A DNA stretch of 64,000 nt, from IMG/VR virus record IMGVR_UViG_3300031555_001441, positions 80,270-144,269 of that record; one strand, 5' to 3'. Of this stretch, positions 20,053-30,286 are shown piece by piece. How positions within the stretch are numbered: position 1 is the first letter of the stretch; each line of letters opens with the position of its first letter. The translations under genes were made by a program, and so were the position numbers. This DNA is from a virus. Lineage: Duplodnaviria; Caudoviricetes. Under the pieces are notes generated by a model. The model did not search any database and was not told where the DNA came from. It saw nothing but the letters and a program-made list of their open reading frames with translations.

Positions 20053-21123
20053 TTAATCTACATCTCGTGAGAACATTTCATCTAACGAGTTCGAAAAATA
20101 ACTATATCCAGAACTGTCAGCAAATGATGTACTATATTCATGGAGTTCAGATATCTCAACAGGGAGATAAGAGTAGCTCTCTGATGGTACTCTTACAGGA
20201 ACATCGTCGTACTCAGCATACACTTCTATATGATATGTTCCCGGTTCAACATTTGTTGGTTGATGAGTCCATTTATTGAAATAACAAACGATGCAGCTAT
20301 TGCAAGTCCAGTCAAATTTACAGCACCTATAAACATCTTCGTTGTAATATACACCTTCGAGATCAGCGTGTGAATAATACTGAACTCCGTCAACTTTAAC
20401 CACCATTCTACTAGCAGGTAGAGCAGGAACAGTATAACCAATAGACGTTTGTTCTAACTGACTCCAGTTGCTTATTATAGTGTCAGATTCAGCTATAAAT
20501 GTCTGAGAAGGTGCTACAACTGTGACCCCATCTGCTTGAGTAATTTGAACTGTGTAAGTTCCAGCTGCACTAGCAGTACACCAAATTTCAGGAGCCTGCT
20601 CACCAATAGCACCATCACTAACTATAAAATCTACACCTTCAACTGTGCCACAGTATGTATACTCATTACTCGTATCTGTCCAACCTCTCGTCAGTGTTCC
20701 TGATACGCCATTAACTGATACAGTTACTATCCAATCTGACCTACCGCCCTCTTGAGTCAGAGGAATATGCGAATCTGCAGTTGCATCTGACGGGACTACT
20801 ATTGTATTATCAACAATGAGAGTTCTTGCATTCACAGACTTATTGTCGTCAAATACTGATAAAGGATAATCGCTATAAAAATTGTTAGGATTAGATGAAT
20901 CTTGCGAACGTTTCAGTTTAACAATAGTTCCACGATTCACAGCTTCTATCATTTCTCGCGGAGTAATATTCAATATAATTCGATCTGAGTCTACTGTTGA
21001 AGTAACATCTCTCACCTCAAGGTTTTGAGGATTTGCAATCTTATTTTCAATCTCGTTCAATCTAGCAGATGTTATCTTTTCACCTGGTGTCCATGTGTGT
21101 TTACTCATATCATCACACCTCAC
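20053..21123 (-). CDS. putative tail appendage protein (same N-terminal motif)
   Basis: KHTWTPGEKITSARLNEIENKI; true start is probably MSKHTW. Confidence 0.6.
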   Translation of the reverse strand: MRCDDMSKHTWTPGEKITSARLNEIENKIANPQNLEVRDVTSTVDSDRIILNITPREMIEAVNRGTIVKLKRSQDSSNPNNFYSDYPLSVFDDNKSVNARTLIVDNTIVVPSDATADSHIPLTQEGGRSDWIVTVSVNGVSGTLTRGWTDTSNEYTYCGTVEGVDFIVSDGAIGEQAPEIWCTASAAGTYTVQITQADGVTVVAPSQTFIAESDTIISNWSQLEQTSIGYTVPALPASRMVVKVDGVQYYSHADLEGVYYNEDVYRCCKFDWTCNSCIVCYFNKWTHQPTNVEPGTYHIEVYAEYDDVPVRVPSESYSYLPVEISELHEYSTSFADSSGYSYFSNSLDEMFSRDVD

Positions 21124-21512
21124 TCACTTAATATTGCAGCACCGACGTGACATTCATCAGCTACTGCTGTAACTAAATCAGTTTCTGTATCGAGGCCCAT
21201 ACTGTTTAAGAAATCAATTGTATCTTGAATATCAACAAAATCAGTATCTTCTGGAATAATAGGACGATTGTCTAGATCTAAATAGTTACCTGATGTAGCA
21301 ACAGCTGCAAAATCAGGTTTATTTGCTATGTTAGCCCAGTCAACTGAACTAGCAGATCCTCCTCCGAATACTTCAGAACCTACGTATATTTGTTTAGTGT
21401 TTTCATCAAAGTAAATTGTATTACCGTCAGGCGTAGCAGGAAGTGTTCCTCCTGTACGGATATAAACAAATTTCACTTTGTCACCTGAAATAGGTATTCT
21501 CCATATCGACAT
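21120..21512 (-). CDS. tail-fibre-like small protein
   Basis: IYFDENTKQIYVG and VDWANIANKP.FAAVATSGNYLDLDNRP fibre repeats. Confidence 0.6.
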   Translation of the reverse strand: MSIWRIPISGDKVKFVYIRTGGTLPATPDGNTIYFDENTKQIYVGSEVFGGGSASSVDWANIANKPDFAAVATSGNYLDLDNRPIIPEDTDFVDIQDTIDFLNSMGLDTETDLVTAVADECHVGAAILSE

Positions 21513-21635
21513 AATGTTTGTATTATACTCCTTACTGATGTTATGTTATTATAGAAGGTTAAACAATAAGAAAAAGAAATTGTGGGCAGCTTGTTTAAAT
21601 ACAGCTGCCCACTACATTATGTGCTTTAGTTGTCT

Positions 21636-24218
21636 TTATGTTGTTGCTTTTTCGTATGCGAGGAGGACGCCTTTGAGAGATGCTTTGAAAGCTTCCAGCG
21701 TCGAATACGCAGAATCCGTAATAGCGACCATGGTATTGCTCTCGCCTCCACTTGTACCTGTACCGACCTCTTTATCTGCAATTCTGTTCGCGCCAACGCC
21801 ACCCGTAGCATATCTTGAACACAATAGAGGTGCTTTTTCGCTGGAAGCATAACCTGTTTTCAAATCTTGTATTATACAATAATATTGATTTTGTATAGCC
21901 GTTGACGCACTCCAATTTTTAGTGCTTAAATCTATAACTGCCGTGGTATTAAAATCTATTTCTTTCTTAAAAGCCAGCAACTGTCTCAACGTACCGTCGC
22001 ACGCTTCTTTTACCTCTGTCGTATAATCAACTACACCTTTGATAGTGTCGGGGTCTGTCGGGGCAAGGTTGTCGCCTTTTAAGGCTATCTTGTGCATATC
22101 GCCATCGGTGATGTTATGGAGCGTATCTATCTCTGCTTTGTAGTCTACGGGATAGAATATCAGATTGCCCTGCGGAACGCCGTTCGGGCAGTCGAAAGAC
22201 ATTGTGCCGAAATCGTCTATTGCTACGTTCTCGGGGAAATGTGTACCTTGTTCGGTAGTTTTTGCAGAGTCGGCAAGTTCATATTCAAGATATACGCCTG
22301 ACATTGCGGTCTTAAAAGCGGCGGGGTCTGTATAGGCGTTGTTTCTCAAATAAACTGTGGAAGCGTCTCTTATCTCTATTGCTTTATCAGGAATAGAATC
22401 TGCTGATGTAGTAGAGGGCTGAATGGTATAAGCCGAGCAACGTGCGTTGCGTGTACCACCGAAATCTGACGGCATAGACGCAGGATAAAATACATCGCTT
22501 TGAGCCACATAACCATAAGTCAATGTCCCCAAATCCACTTTGCCTGTCTCTTTATGCACTACACCATCAGGCGTTTTATAGTCAAACGCTAACAGAGGCT
22601 CATCACCTGTGTCAATGTTCGCAAGTTCCTCATAGGGATAATACTGGTCGTAGCCGCTTTCGCCTTCGTAGTAGAGGGAGATTGTGGTATCATTCTTATA
22701 GGTTGTGCCATAACTCGTCTCAAAATAAAATGCCATATAACAAGCATTGTTAGGCGTCGTAAATGCAAAACCCGGGCTTCTGCCTGTGTAGGAAAGATAA
22801 TTGCCATCGGCATCATACCATATCATCCAGTATGCTGCACCAGCAGAACCGCAATATTTATAGTATGTCGTATTAGGAATAATACGAATGAGATTTTTAC
22901 ACCTTATGTTTGAACTACTACTATATTTTGCACCTGTATTTACATCATATGTGCCTTCTTCCCATTCTTCGTCCCACACATTTCTCCCTTTTGCTTTCAG
23001 ATACCTGCCGTTACAATCGGTCAAAGTACCTACATTATAGGATAAATCTCCCTGATAGTATCTGAAGAAATCTTCGGGGTGATTTAGCAGGTGGGTCGGG
23101 ATTTTGTCGTTACTGCCGAACCAGAGGGTAAGGTCAATGACGAGCGGATTTTTGATATGAATTTCAGTATTAAGACCTTCGTTTTCTATCGGGAAGATAT
23201 ATAAATTGCCAGTTGTGCCATTAGAAATAGCAGTGGAAATCCCCGAATAATGTGCAATAGAAGTAGATAATACTGCGTTAAATACAGCAACACCGCCACC
23301 ACTACCGTAATACATTCTTAATGCAAGAGCCGCTTCTGCGTATCCCTCAAAATAAAGCAAATATTTGTGCCCGCTAATCGTAGGAATACCAGTATTGCAT
23401 TTTACTCCGTTGTTCCGCGTTTCACTTGTAAAAACCGCCTCGCCGTTGGTAAATGTTGCAGTAACGCCGCCTTCAGCAGACCAGTTCGTTGAATTTATTG
23501 CTTTTGCCGCTTGATTAACAACAACTGTGTTTCCCCTTTTCTCTTTTAACTGGCAATATGAACCCGTATCTATCTTTCCTTCACCATTTGCACAGCCGGA
23601 GCCTTGTAGAATAAAAGGAGCTGACTGCGAAATTCCACTATCAGAGGAATAAGGTGTAAAATTGTCAGCATAACCAACGATCATCAATCGATAATGACCG
23701 CGCTGTTTAGCATAGATAGAAACAAGATCATCACCTATTGTAGCTTCTCTCCATCGTGCACTGTTCCAGGTTCCTGCAGTTTGTTGTATACATACATATA
23801 GTTTACGATTTGTAATCGCAGCTCCGTATATGCAATAATCTCCTGGAACATATACTCGAGTTGTATCATACAGTTCAGCGACCATTTTAAATGATGCTGT
23901 TACGGCGTCTCCTGTTGATTTGGAATCTGCAGCGTATCCTTGAAGAGTGAGAGTAGTATCGAGAGGCGTGCTTGTGTATGCACCAGCACTTGCCCAACCT
24001 GTACCATCCCAATAATAGATATCACCATGTGTATAAGAAGCTGTAGTAGTTCCTAGATAGACGTAAGAAAGCGTATGATCAGCAGTTGCGAAATCACTAG
24101 GATCTATGATAACTTTTAAGCTGCCGATCTCTGCTTTAGTTGCAAATATAGTTTTGTATTTTGCAGTAGCTTGTGTACTATAATTTTGCAAATTGGAGTC
24201 ACTTACAAAGTTAGGCAT
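21636..24218 (-). CDS. large tail fibre / receptor-binding protein
   Basis: 860 aa; DTTLTLQGYAADSK fibre motif; YVPGDYCIY..LYVC..W carbohydrate-binding-like repeat; beta-rich domains. Confidence 0.65.
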   Translation of the reverse strand: MPNFVSDSNLQNYSTQATAKYKTIFATKAEIGSLKVIIDPSDFATADHTLSYVYLGTTTASYTHGDIYYWDGTGWASAGAYTSTPLDTTLTLQGYAADSKSTGDAVTASFKMVAELYDTTRVYVPGDYCIYGAAITNRKLYVCIQQTAGTWNSARWREATIGDDLVSIYAKQRGHYRLMIVGYADNFTPYSSDSGISQSAPFILQGSGCANGEGKIDTGSYCQLKEKRGNTVVVNQAAKAINSTNWSAEGGVTATFTNGEAVFTSETRNNGVKCNTGIPTISGHKYLLYFEGYAEAALALRMYYGSGGGVAVFNAVLSTSIAHYSGISTAISNGTTGNLYIFPIENEGLNTEIHIKNPLVIDLTLWFGSNDKIPTHLLNHPEDFFRYYQGDLSYNVGTLTDCNGRYLKAKGRNVWDEEWEEGTYDVNTGAKYSSSSNIRCKNLIRIIPNTTYYKYCGSAGAAYWMIWYDADGNYLSYTGRSPGFAFTTPNNACYMAFYFETSYGTTYKNDTTISLYYEGESGYDQYYPYEELANIDTGDEPLLAFDYKTPDGVVHKETGKVDLGTLTYGYVAQSDVFYPASMPSDFGGTRNARCSAYTIQPSTTSADSIPDKAIEIRDASTVYLRNNAYTDPAAFKTAMSGVYLEYELADSAKTTEQGTHFPENVAIDDFGTMSFDCPNGVPQGNLIFYPVDYKAEIDTLHNITDGDMHKIALKGDNLAPTDPDTIKGVVDYTTEVKEACDGTLRQLLAFKKEIDFNTTAVIDLSTKNWSASTAIQNQYYCIIQDLKTGYASSEKAPLLCSRYATGGVGANRIADKEVGTGTSGGESNTMVAITDSAYSTLEAFKASLKGVLLAYEKATT

Positions 24219-24233
24219 ACGTTTTACCCCTTA

Positions 24234-24443
24234 CTATTGTATATTATTCACAATCTCAGTGATCTGCTCAGGTGTTAATGGAGTTGCACCTTTGAAAGGA
24301 AAATCACCTACATATATTGTGAGGTTAGGAGAGTCGAAATAAACGGTACTAGGATCTGGACTTACAGGCATTGACTGTCCTTGAGGTATCCATTCAAATT
24401 TAACTAGTCCTGAAGGCATACTCATTCTGTAATCACCTCCCAC
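24234..24443 (-). CDS. small tail-associated protein
   Basis: VKF...P..PD..TVYFD....IYVG, paralogous to the N-terminus of 21120-21512. Confidence 0.55.
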   Translation of the reverse strand: MGGDYRMSMPSGLVKFEWIPQGQSMPVSPDPSTVYFDSPNLTIYVGDFPFKGATPLTPEQITEIVNNIQ

Positions 24444-25228
24444 TTAGGAAGCGTAGCGATCTGACTTATAATAGCGTTGATAGCTTCGCCAGTCGCTCCA
24501 GCATCAGCAGCTACATTAGACTGAGTCAATGTAGGATCTGTTGTTCTATATAGAACAAGATTAGTACCGTCATCAGGTTGTATAGGTTCTTCCGAATCTG
24601 TTGAACTGAGCACAAGTCTCAGCTGATACTGAGTTTGAAGTTCAGAGAGATTTGCAGTATCTACAAAGTAGTAAGGTGTTGGTTCAAGAGATTCTCCGTT
24701 CCAGATTCCTTGATAATTACCTGCGTTATCATATGCAAATACTTCTACACGATATCCAGATACTGGTGCAACATCTGTAATCCCGGATGGCAGTATCGAC
24801 GTTCTAATAGCAGATTCAGATTCTATCTCAACGCCTGTAGCAAATGAAAGTGTTCCCTGGTCCCAAAGTTCAGAAGATGTTTGTTTCCAATATATATCAT
24901 TTATTATTTGTTGAACTTGCTGTTGCAGTTCAGCTACTTCCTCTTCCGGTGTAGGAGGACAAGGCGGTACAGGAGGGCATGGTGGACATGGAGGACACGG
25001 TTGTATTGCACGTGGATCTACTACTATACATGTTTGAAGATCTTCATCAGAAACCGGTATAACCTCATTTGCTGGAATTGAATTAAAATACCATCCCATA
25101 CGCTGTTCATTTTGATATGTGTACCAACCATTATGCACTATCCATCTGACATTAGGAAATCTAGATAGAAGCACAACAGTTCCATCATATAGTCGCACAC
25201 ATGTATTAGGTATTTTTAAATACATCAT
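24422..25228 (-). CDS. putative virion protein with a Pro/Cys linker
   Basis: PCPPCPPCPP linker; DPTLTQSNVAADA fibre motif; N-domain paralogous to 25241-25483. Confidence 0.6.
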   Translation of the reverse strand: MMYLKIPNTCVRLYDGTVVLLSRFPNVRWIVHNGWYTYQNEQRMGWYFNSIPANEVIPVSDEDLQTCIVVDPRAIQPCPPCPPCPPVPPCPPTPEEEVAELQQQVQQIINDIYWKQTSSELWDQGTLSFATGVEIESESAIRTSILPSGITDVAPVSGYRVEVFAYDNAGNYQGIWNGESLEPTPYYFVDTANLSELQTQYQLRLVLSSTDSEEPIQPDDGTNLVLYRTTDPTLTQSNVAADAGATGEAINAIISQIATLPKWEVITE

Positions 25229-25240
25229 ATTTTAATTACC

Positions 25241-25483
25241 TCAATTCTTAATCAAATAAATATCGTCAAGATCAGTGTCATACAATGGTTTGACTGTCTG
25301 ATCACTCATGTTTATGAGATGCCATCCACATGTTTTTCGGTTACCTCCCCAAGCATACCAACCAAACATAACACGCCACAACGTCGTTTCAAATCTTCCT
25401 AATTTGACACATTGTCCTGAAAATAATGTGATATTCAGATCTGGTAAGTATAGCGAAGGCATTTTGCATGCTGTTTCAAACAT
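25241..25483 (-). CDS. small putative virion protein
   Basis: G..V.L.RF....W.V..GWY shared with the downstream gene; class B motif upstream. Confidence 0.55.
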   Translation of the reverse strand: MFETACKMPSLYLPDLNITLFSGQCVKLGRFETTLWRVMFGWYAWGGNRKTCGWHLINMSDQTVKPLYDTDLDDIYLIKN

Positions 25484-25553
25484 AGATAAACACCATCCTA
25501 TCTTTTAATTACATTATGTATAAAAGGTTCAGATGGTGTTTTTATAGCAGATC

Positions 25554-26507
25554 TTACTTAGCGTCGATTATCTTATTGATCTGTGACATGAACTCATTAT
25601 AATATGTTAAAGCAATATCTGCAACATATTTCATATCAGGATGAGGAGCTCCTGTAGTTCCTCTAGATCTGACGTCGAAGAAATGATCCCATTCATTAAG
25701 ATAAGCGGACATTATTACTTCTGTTTTGAGAGAATTTGGCAGAATAGCTCGGGCCTGCTGCGGTTGAAGTCCCTGTTCTATCATTTCAAAATATGTTTTC
25801 TCAATGACGTCGAGCGTTTCTATGTACCGGTCTTTTGCAGCATCTGACCAGCTGTCCCAAGTTGACGGTTCGATGAATGTGAGCTCACCGCCGAACTTGC
25901 CTTGTGTGTAGTTACAGTATCTGGTAGACTCTTGTGCGAAACTTCTTCTGTGACGGACTATCTCATGAGATACTCCGCGGTCACATATGAATTTACAGGT
26001 CCACAGCGTATGATACTTGATATTATCTTTTGCGTTATCTGTATATTCTCGAAAAAGCTCCCTCATCTCGTCATCAGATATGATGCGTATCTTCCATGAA
26101 TTGAGATACACTTGTTCTTGATCTGTTTTAACACATGCTTGAAACGCCTTCATGAATCTGAAACTGCTCCATCTCGGATTGTTCAAGTGAGACAGAGACA
26201 ATGTTACCACATATGTATTGCCATCGAGCCCATAACCTCCCACATCAAGTTCCGTGATGCGCACTCGTTCCATTGTATTGAACTCATCAGGTAAATGTGT
26301 GTAACAAGGTACATCAACTCGAAAATGCACGACAGCATGTTCAAGCATTGCGAGATGCTGCCGTTTGATCAGCCCCTCGACAAATTTGTAACAGCTATCT
26401 TCAGTTATTTTGTCCTCTGACTTGTAACATGTTCTGCCGATTCGTTCTATCTTCTTATAAACATCAGATTCTAGGATCGGCTCAGCCGTTGCTTTGATAA
26501 TTTTCAT
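25554..26507 (-). CDS. thyX: flavin-dependent thymidylate synthase
   Basis: RTCYKSE, H.AMLEH, DRGVSHEIVRHR.SFAQESTRY and ARAILPN motifs; start chosen at the ATG with an AGGAG RBS. Confidence 0.93.
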   Translation of the reverse strand: MKIIKATAEPILESDVYKKIERIGRTCYKSEDKITEDSCYKFVEGLIKRQHLAMLEHAVVHFRVDVPCYTHLPDEFNTMERVRITELDVGGYGLDGNTYVVTLSLSHLNNPRWSSFRFMKAFQACVKTDQEQVYLNSWKIRIISDDEMRELFREYTDNAKDNIKYHTLWTCKFICDRGVSHEIVRHRRSFAQESTRYCNYTQGKFGGELTFIEPSTWDSWSDAAKDRYIETLDVIEKTYFEMIEQGLQPQQARAILPNSLKTEVIMSAYLNEWDHFFDVRSRGTTGAPHPDMKYVADIALTYYNEFMSQINKIIDAK

Positions 26508-26536
26508 AAAATATTTATCTCCTTTTATATTAGATT

Positions 26537-26818
26537 TCAAGTTATATCAACACGATGTGCATACATTCCCCATTTGCATTCTGTAGGTTTGAAATGCACT
26601 ACGTTGAAAGCATATCCGATTATATCACCATACAATGATTGATCTAATCCAGCACTAGTAACGATGATATTTTTCATATCAAGTCGTTTTCTAACTTCAG
26701 AAACAGTCATATATCTAGCACCTGCGTCGCGTCGAGCATTTTTATGTTGAAGCAATATGCTCTCATCATCTCTGATATGCAGAAGATGAATAACTTGTTT
26801 AAGCGTAATTCGGCTCAT
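26537..26818 (-). CDS. hypothetical protein
   Basis: 93-aa ORF coupled to the ligase stop. Confidence 0.55.
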   Translation of the reverse strand: MSRITLKQVIHLLHIRDDESILLQHKNARRDAGARYMTVSEVRKRLDMKNIIVTSAGLDQSLYGDIIGYAFNVVHFKPTECKWGMYAHRVDIT

Positions 26819-28773
26819 TCGTGCATGTAGTCCTTTCTGAAGTTTTCTTCACTTACTTTCGGAATGTTCCATTTATCAGCTTTCTGATTTTTAGCGCTGC
26901 TGCTGTTGGGATCATCAGTTATCAAGCAGAATGTGTCTTTGCAGATTTCTGCGGCCTTAAATCCATATTTAAGAAGCTCTTTTTCAAAATCTGCACGTTT
27001 AACTGATAACTTACCTGTTATCGCTACAAGCCTTGTATCTGCTTTGTCCGAAGACGTGGACCAATCTATCTTGTCCCAAATATATGCAAGACGTCCTATT
27101 TTATCTACATTTGCACAAAGGGCTTCTGCGTTTGAATTCCCGATATAGGCTGTAAGACGAATGATATCTGTCGACTTATTGTAAAGCAAATCTGTTAAGA
27201 ATAACTGAGCTTTTTCAGGATCTCTTGCGAACTTCTCACAAGTTACATCTCCGAATCTTGGAATGTTGAGAGCTTGAAGAGCTTCTTTAATTGAATACGA
27301 CTGTCGAGCTTTGAAGCTTTCTATCATCTTTCGCATCAAGCCTTCGTGACCCTCTGTCGAAAATATTGATCCGATATTTTCAGAAGTTATGTCCCTGATG
27401 AAATACATGAATGTCTCAACCGACGGATCTCCTACAGGAATAATTTTATTCATGTATTTTGCTCTGAGATCTTCCTTCAATCCGTCAACTGGAGCAAGTG
27501 TATCTAACCAAACTGTCAGATCCTGCTGTAATAGATTTGGACATTTCTTATTGTTGCACTGAAGCTGAACACCATTCCAAATCATAGTTTCATGACAAGA
27601 GGGACACTCTAACGGAATTGATATGTACGTGCAGCTTTCAAGTACCGATACAATATAGGGGATGATCTCTCCACGTTTTGTTATCTGTATCTTTGCACCC
27701 TTTCCGATCATGTTGTCCTTTATATATTGAGCGTTAAATCCTGTTGCATACTGAACAGTAGTTCCTGCAAGCTCTACGGGTTCAACTTTTACACGAGGTA
27801 TGTAATAGTTTGTTTTGCTAAGATTCCACTCAACATCAACAACTGTTGTTTCTTTTATCTCGGACGGAAATTTATACGCAACTGATTCATAGGTGATATA
27901 AGGCGCTTGATTGGTATTGATTTGTTTTGTGATAACGATACCGTCTGCGGGAAATTTACCGTACCATCTTCGCTGAAGGTTATCCATTTCTTCATCAAGA
28001 TTTGTCGATGTCAAGCATTTCCAAGATTCTCGAGGAGCTGTCCAGAAGAACTGATCTTCCAGGAAGTTCCACATCGCAGAGTCGCTGCTAAAAATGTCTA
28101 TATTAGATGAACACTCCCACCCGACTACGCTATATACCAATATATGTAAGTAAGGAAGCTCGTCTGTCGCTTCTTTACGATTGATGATACCTGCAGTTGC
28201 ATTTCTAGGATTTTTAAGTTCAGGATGTATATCAAGAAGTCGATTGAAGTTAGCATACGACATTACTATTTCGCCCCGGACAGCTCCTGTGAACCATCTT
28301 GCTTCAATGTCCTCTAGATCCCTATTGATCTTTAAGACTTTGTCTGTAATGTCAATGCCGATGTTACCGTCGCCTCGAGTCAACGCTTGAACTAAGTGTC
28401 CATGTTCATAATACAGAACAACGCTGATACCGTCAAGTTTAAGAGATGCTGTGTACTGTGCTGAAGGATCATTCGATTTGATGTTGAATGCTCTTTTGAA
28501 CTCATCGCCGGTTCTTATCTTATCAAGTGAGCCGGCAGGTCCATATTTGTGAGGAACTTTCTGTCCAGGTGTGCTGTCTTCATCAACGGAGTAGCCCCAG
28601 CCTACTTCAGTCACTACTGGATTGTCCGGGTCAAGAGTTTTGAGTTCGTTGACCTTTGCATCAAATTCAGCATCAGTCAGATTTGATGTTCCATCTGTGT
28701 AATACTTCTGTGCAGCATCTTTCACTTCATTCGCAAGAGCTACTACAATCTTGTTTGCAAGTAACTTGTTCAT
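26815..28773 (-). CDS. ligA: NAD-dependent DNA ligase
   Basis: YY...TDAEFD, KLDG, TRGDG, RGE, NPRNA, AYKF, GEIIP, C4 Zn finger and C-terminal BRCT; start MNKLL after GGAGG. Confidence 0.92.
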   Translation of the reverse strand: MNKLLANKIVVALANEVKDAAQKYYTDGTSNLTDAEFDAKVNELKTLDPDNPVVTEVGWGYSVDEDSTPGQKVPHKYGPAGSLDKIRTGDEFKRAFNIKSNDPSAQYTASLKLDGISVVLYYEHGHLVQALTRGDGNIGIDITDKVLKINRDLEDIEARWFTGAVRGEIVMSYANFNRLLDIHPELKNPRNATAGIINRKEATDELPYLHILVYSVVGWECSSNIDIFSSDSAMWNFLEDQFFWTAPRESWKCLTSTNLDEEMDNLQRRWYGKFPADGIVITKQINTNQAPYITYESVAYKFPSEIKETTVVDVEWNLSKTNYYIPRVKVEPVELAGTTVQYATGFNAQYIKDNMIGKGAKIQITKRGEIIPYIVSVLESCTYISIPLECPSCHETMIWNGVQLQCNNKKCPNLLQQDLTVWLDTLAPVDGLKEDLRAKYMNKIIPVGDPSVETFMYFIRDITSENIGSIFSTEGHEGLMRKMIESFKARQSYSIKEALQALNIPRFGDVTCEKFARDPEKAQLFLTDLLYNKSTDIIRLTAYIGNSNAEALCANVDKIGRLAYIWDKIDWSTSSDKADTRLVAITGKLSVKRADFEKELLKYGFKAAEICKDTFCLITDDPNSSSAKNQKADKWNIPKVSEENFRKDYMHE

Positions 28774-28777
28774 ACTA

Positions 28778-29731
28778 TTATTTCTTGTGCCTCCTAACGA
28801 TATCTTCCATCTCTTTAAACAGATTTTGAAAACTTTGATCATATTCTTCATCAGTCATATCGCGTACTTTATCTATTTCAAAGTACACACGATACAGAGA
28901 TTCATCGATTTTATCTAGTTTAGTAATCATAACACCTTCTGCAATTTGATCTGCATTTATCTCTCCGTCAATCTTGTAAAAAGAGACTCCATGACGCCAT
29001 GGCTTCTTATCGAATCTATATTTCTTCAAATGAGATCTGAGTGTTCTGCGTTCTTCTGGAGAAACTGGAGCGAATACATTGTATGCTCTGATAGTCATAC
29101 ACTCTACCCAGGCCTTGCAGAAGTTGATAGTTTCTTCATCTGATATAATAGAATAAACTGTGTTAGTATTGTATGTGCTATCGTAAGGTTGCCAAGGTGC
29201 ATGCTTCTCTAAGTCGAAGTAGTAATCGTCGATGAATAAGACATCACCCTCTTCCAACCATTCATGTTCTGTATCAAATAAGCGTCGGCTTTTTCTTTCT
29301 GACTTTCTAGTCAAATCTGTATATACATCTGAAGTCGGCGCTTTATCAAGTACATCTATATGAAATGCAACTGTATACTTATTCGGATTTATAGAGAGTG
29401 GTTCTACTGCATATATCATAGTGCCATATGCAATCCATTCATCATCAACAGCAGCATCAATCATGTAGGATGCTTTTCCCGTGTACCACGGGTATCTATT
29501 AAAATTGTATTTAGATTCAAGTTCCTGCAGCTCTTGCTTCTCCTCCTCTGTGTTTACTCCAGAAATGTTATATCCCCGAATAAGTATACAACGCATCCAG
29601 GCCTTACAAAATTCAATAGTTGCTTCATCAGATATGATGCAGTCAACCATGATATCGCGATTACTGAATAATGGACATCTAGAATCTATATCAAATTGAT
29701 ATTCAGATATCTTCAATATATTTTGAGACAT
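28778..29731 (-). CDS. hypothetical protein made of two tandem ~150-aa paralogous domains
   Basis: IISDEATIEFCKAWMRCILIRGYN versus IISDEETINFCKAWVECMTIRAYN. Confidence 0.65.
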   Translation of the reverse strand: MSQNILKISEYQFDIDSRCPLFSNRDIMVDCIISDEATIEFCKAWMRCILIRGYNISGVNTEEEKQELQELESKYNFNRYPWYTGKASYMIDAAVDDEWIAYGTMIYAVEPLSINPNKYTVAFHIDVLDKAPTSDVYTDLTRKSERKSRRLFDTEHEWLEEGDVLFIDDYYFDLEKHAPWQPYDSTYNTNTVYSIISDEETINFCKAWVECMTIRAYNVFAPVSPEERRTLRSHLKKYRFDKKPWRHGVSFYKIDGEINADQIAEGVMITKLDKIDESLYRVYFEIDKVRDMTDEEYDQSFQNLFKEMEDIVRRHKK

Positions 29732-29793
29732 TATCTATACCCCTTTCACTCATCTGTTGTTTATATTTATCTACACATTCTATAACGATTCAT

Positions 29794-29834
29794 AAAAAAT
29801 AGATCGGCTGTTATGGGAGTTGGAGCCGATCTAT
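29794..29834 (-). terminator. intrinsic terminator closing the ncRNA island
   Basis: ATAGATCGGCT..AGCCGATCTAT stem followed by a T tract on the minus strand. Confidence 0.75.
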
Positions 29835-29838
29835 CTAT

Positions 29839-30034
29839 GATGCCCTCGAGAATCTTTTCATCCGGGCCAGATGAATTCCAAAATAATTAAAGAAGTTATG
29901 CAGAGATTCTCGTGCTGCTGTGGAAATTGTAGGTGCCGTCCTACTGCGTGCTTCTCAAGATGCTTTGACTCAGAAGCCGTGAGGTATTTAAAGGAGACCA
30001 CAAAGAACACACTTTTTCGGTCTTAGGGAGCATC
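29839..30034 (-). ncRNA. putative structured ncRNA, ~195 nt
   Basis: Closing stem GATGC(TC)CCT/AGGGCATC with internal hairpins; no ORF. Confidence 0.4.
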
Positions 30035-30095
30035 TTGTGCCCTGACGTATGGAAAACCACGCGTATTCAAAATGAGTGGACAACGACGTTGTTGA

Positions 30096-30168
30096 TCTGA
30101 GTGAAGGGATTTGAACCCCCGACCTGATGGTCCCAAACCACCCGCTCTACCAACTGAGCTACACCCAG
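30096..30168 (-). tRNA. tRNA-Pro(UGG)
   Basis: Complete cloverleaf, loop TT-TGG-GA, T loop TTCAAAT; CCA not encoded. Confidence 0.92.
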
Positions 30169-30196
30169 ATACTGGGAAGGATTATTCTTCCCATTC

Positions 30197-30269
30197 TGGA
30201 AGGAACGGTAGGAGTCGAACCTACTTAAGTCAGTAGCGCTACTTCTGACTCTTGTCCGAAATCATCCCC
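30197..30269 (-). ncRNA. aberrant tRNA-like RNA
   Basis: Acceptor GGGGATG/CGTTCCT plus CCA; T arm GTAGG-TTCGACT-CCTAC; no proper D arm; 11-nt anticodon loop. Confidence 0.65.
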
Positions 30270-30286
30270 ATATGAATGTTGGCATC

